A DNA stretch of 64,000 bases. Source: a virus. Its lineage: Duplodnaviria; Heunggongvirae; Uroviricota; Caudoviricetes. Of this stretch, positions 62,588 through 64,000 are shown piece after piece. The position numbers and the translations under genes are program-made. Under the pieces are notes generated by a model. It was given only the letters and a program-made list of their open reading frames with translations. It was not told the DNA's origin and searched no databases. Where the stretch lies: the IMG/VR virus record IMGVR_UViG_3300028832_000129, positions 11,528-75,527 of that record; one strand, given 5' to 3'. How positions within the stretch are numbered: position 1 is the stretch's first letter; each line of letters begins with the position of its first letter.

Positions 62588-62746
62588 GTTGAATACCTCG
62601 ACACCGTACTCGGCACATCGTTCGAGTCTGACCTGGTGAAGGACATCCTGTCAATCATTATGGTGTTCTCAGCCAAGCTGTACGGTAAGCGAAGCAAGGA
62701 AAACAAGCTGAAAATGAAGGAACTCAACCAGATAGGCGTTGCCTAA
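62588..62746 (+). pseudogene. Remnant of the C-terminus of an IS607-family TnpA (serine recombinase).
   Basis: In-frame translation ...EYLDTVLGTSFESDLVKDILSIIMVFSAKLYGKRSKENKLKMKELNQIGVA* closely parallels the IS607 TnpA C-terminal block (..EDLLAIVTSFSGRLYGMRSHK..). There is no start codon or N-terminal catalytic domain. The AT-richer region begins here. Confidence 0.5.
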
Positions 62747-63104
62747 AGGAGATATGAATATGGCATCAGCTGCGTTTAAGTCAGAAGTACGGTCGCAGAT
62801 ATATAATCGTCTTATGAAAGACAAAAATGCGATGAACATTGCGTCGCACTTGGTCAACGAATGTAGTGAGTTTGTTGAATACTGTGCCGAGCATTTTGCA
62901 GAAGAGCACAATGAAGCATATCGCTGCGCCGTGGGCATAATGGCAAAGCTGGATTCGCAAAATCACCCGGAACGGTACAAGGGATATAACATGAGTTCGA
63001 TGTTTGAAGTTCATCTGTGTGCCGGTCGCATCATTGAGCACGAGGACATAGTTGCTATTAGTCAGCTGGAAGATGAGGTCATTGCATCTCTTGGGAAAGG
63101 ATAA
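62739..63104 (+). CDS. Hypothetical protein, ~121 aa, AT-rich.
   Basis: Intact ORF of lower GC than the phage backbone. Confidence 0.4.
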   Translation: MPKGDMNMASAAFKSEVRSQIYNRLMKDKNAMNIASHLVNECSEFVEYCAEHFAEEHNEAYRCAVGIMAKLDSQNHPERYKGYNMSSMFEVHLCAGRIIEHEDIVAISQLEDEVIASLGKG

Positions 63105-63264
63105 TGGTATGGAGCCACTCGTATGTCGTATGAAACTTGCTGATGGCAGCATTCTTCGTTGCCCTAAACGATTTATGGACTGGTGGCGTAGCACTCCTGT
63201 TAATGAACGGGAACCCAAGTTTATGCGAGAACAATTAGAATGGTATAGGCAAATGGATAATGAG

Positions 63265-64000
63265 TAAACACTGTTGGACATTGAAAGATAGGTACGAATC
63301 GCAGTTCTCCGCTGCGTTCTATCCTATCATGCTGTCCGACACTAAGCGAGCCGAAATCATCCATAGGGCAGAGGAAATCCGTGCTGTAAGGAACGACATA
63401 TCGGAAGTGTTCTTCTCGGATATGCTCGGCTTCCAGGACATGTCCAAGTTCGAGGCGTTCAACTACTTCAATCCGACATTCAACACCCGGCTTTCCAGCC
63501 ACTACTTGAAGAAGGCAGTAGAAGATGTATGGAGAGCCTATCAGTTGAGGTTCGATGCCATCCGCAAGAAGATTGAGTTCACCAAGGTTGAAAAACTTGT
63601 ACCGTCCTTCTACAAGATAAACGTCAAGGGACACAAGAAAGGTGAACTTAAATCCATTGAAGTTCATATCAAGAAGACAGAACTTACCAAGGTACTGACT
63701 TGGCTTGCACGATACGGCAAGGATGAAACTGTTTACTGGCTTGAATCCGTCATCCCTACCGCTGTAGAATCCAAGCAGAAGTTCTATCGAGCGATACTAG
63801 ATAAGATTCGCAAGTTCGGGGTCGACCGTCTCATGAGGTTAGCCCTATCTAGGAGAACCACCGTATTTTCTGAATACGAGAAGCGCGGAAAGATTACCTT
63901 TGAATCACTTACATTCAGCGGTCGCAGCCGAATCAAGCGTCCTATCGTGGACGCTAGAAGAAATGAGCATGGTAAGTTCGACTACTTTATCGAGATTTCA
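63265..64000 (+). CDS. Hypothetical protein, 5' partial, running off the window end.
   Basis: ATG at 63265 (MSKHCWTLKDRYESQF...) with an open frame to position 64000. AT-rich. Not in the supplied track, presumably because no stop lies inside the window. Confidence 0.35.

Noticed and set aside
1-64000. Possible CRISPR array
   Set aside because: No series of three or more regularly spaced short direct repeats was seen. The only tandem repeat (38256-38418) has two ~65-nt copies with a single spacer, which is not CRISPR-like.
1-64000. Integrase, attachment site or other lysogeny module, to decide phage versus prophage
   Set aside because: No tyrosine or serine integrase, excisionase or obvious att repeats occur in the window. 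Host flanks are not visible, so the integrated versus free state cannot be judged from this segment.

Overview
The window reads as a 64-kb stretch of a large dsDNA phage (or prophage), about 55-60% GC, with almost every gene on the + strand. Standard stops are used; TAG ends the ORF at 13199..14821.

Layout, 5' to 3':
- 1-16.4 kb: a structural and host-range module with giant fibre-like proteins. Two of them carry low-GC C-terminal segments, and two are tandem paralogs. One 1,477-aa virion protein contains a DnaJ-type CXXCXGXG zinc finger.
- 16.4-18.1 kb: a four-gene minus-strand island.
- 18-24 kb: small early-type genes, including an HExxH metallopeptidase and a PD-(D/E)XK nuclease.
- 23.5-24.4 kb: a lone minus-strand patatin-like phospholipase.
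- 24.4-31.6 kb: the NAD-dependent DNA ligase ligA, flanked by two paralogs carrying Fibrobacter succinogenes major paralogous (FISUMP) domains.
- 28.6-42.8 kb: an RNA island holding roughly 35 tRNA or tRNA-like genes. It also carries a tmRNA (ssrA; tag ADNAFAYAVAA), a Pth2 peptidyl-tRNA hydrolase, two HNH homing endonucleases in AT-rich islets, and ORF-free structured regions.
- 41-54 kb: translation and RNA-repair enzymes sit next to the tRNAs: a P-loop polynucleotide-kinase-like protein, a metallophosphoesterase, a HAD-type phosphatase and a CCA-adding enzyme. An acyl carrier protein is also present.
- 49.8-51.4 kb: an IscB RNA-guided nuclease gene (PLMP, RuvC and HNH motifs) with a ~300-nt upstream non-coding leader, consistent with an omega-RNA (the IscB guide RNA; OMEGA system). 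This is the most notable system in the window.

A conserved promoter-like motif, TTTTGCTATATTTGG, recurs at least 15 times. It usually sits directly after a GC-rich terminator hairpin and fits the Bacteroidota/FCB-type -7 element TAnnTTTG. An IS607-family TnpA C-terminal remnant lies near the 3' end.
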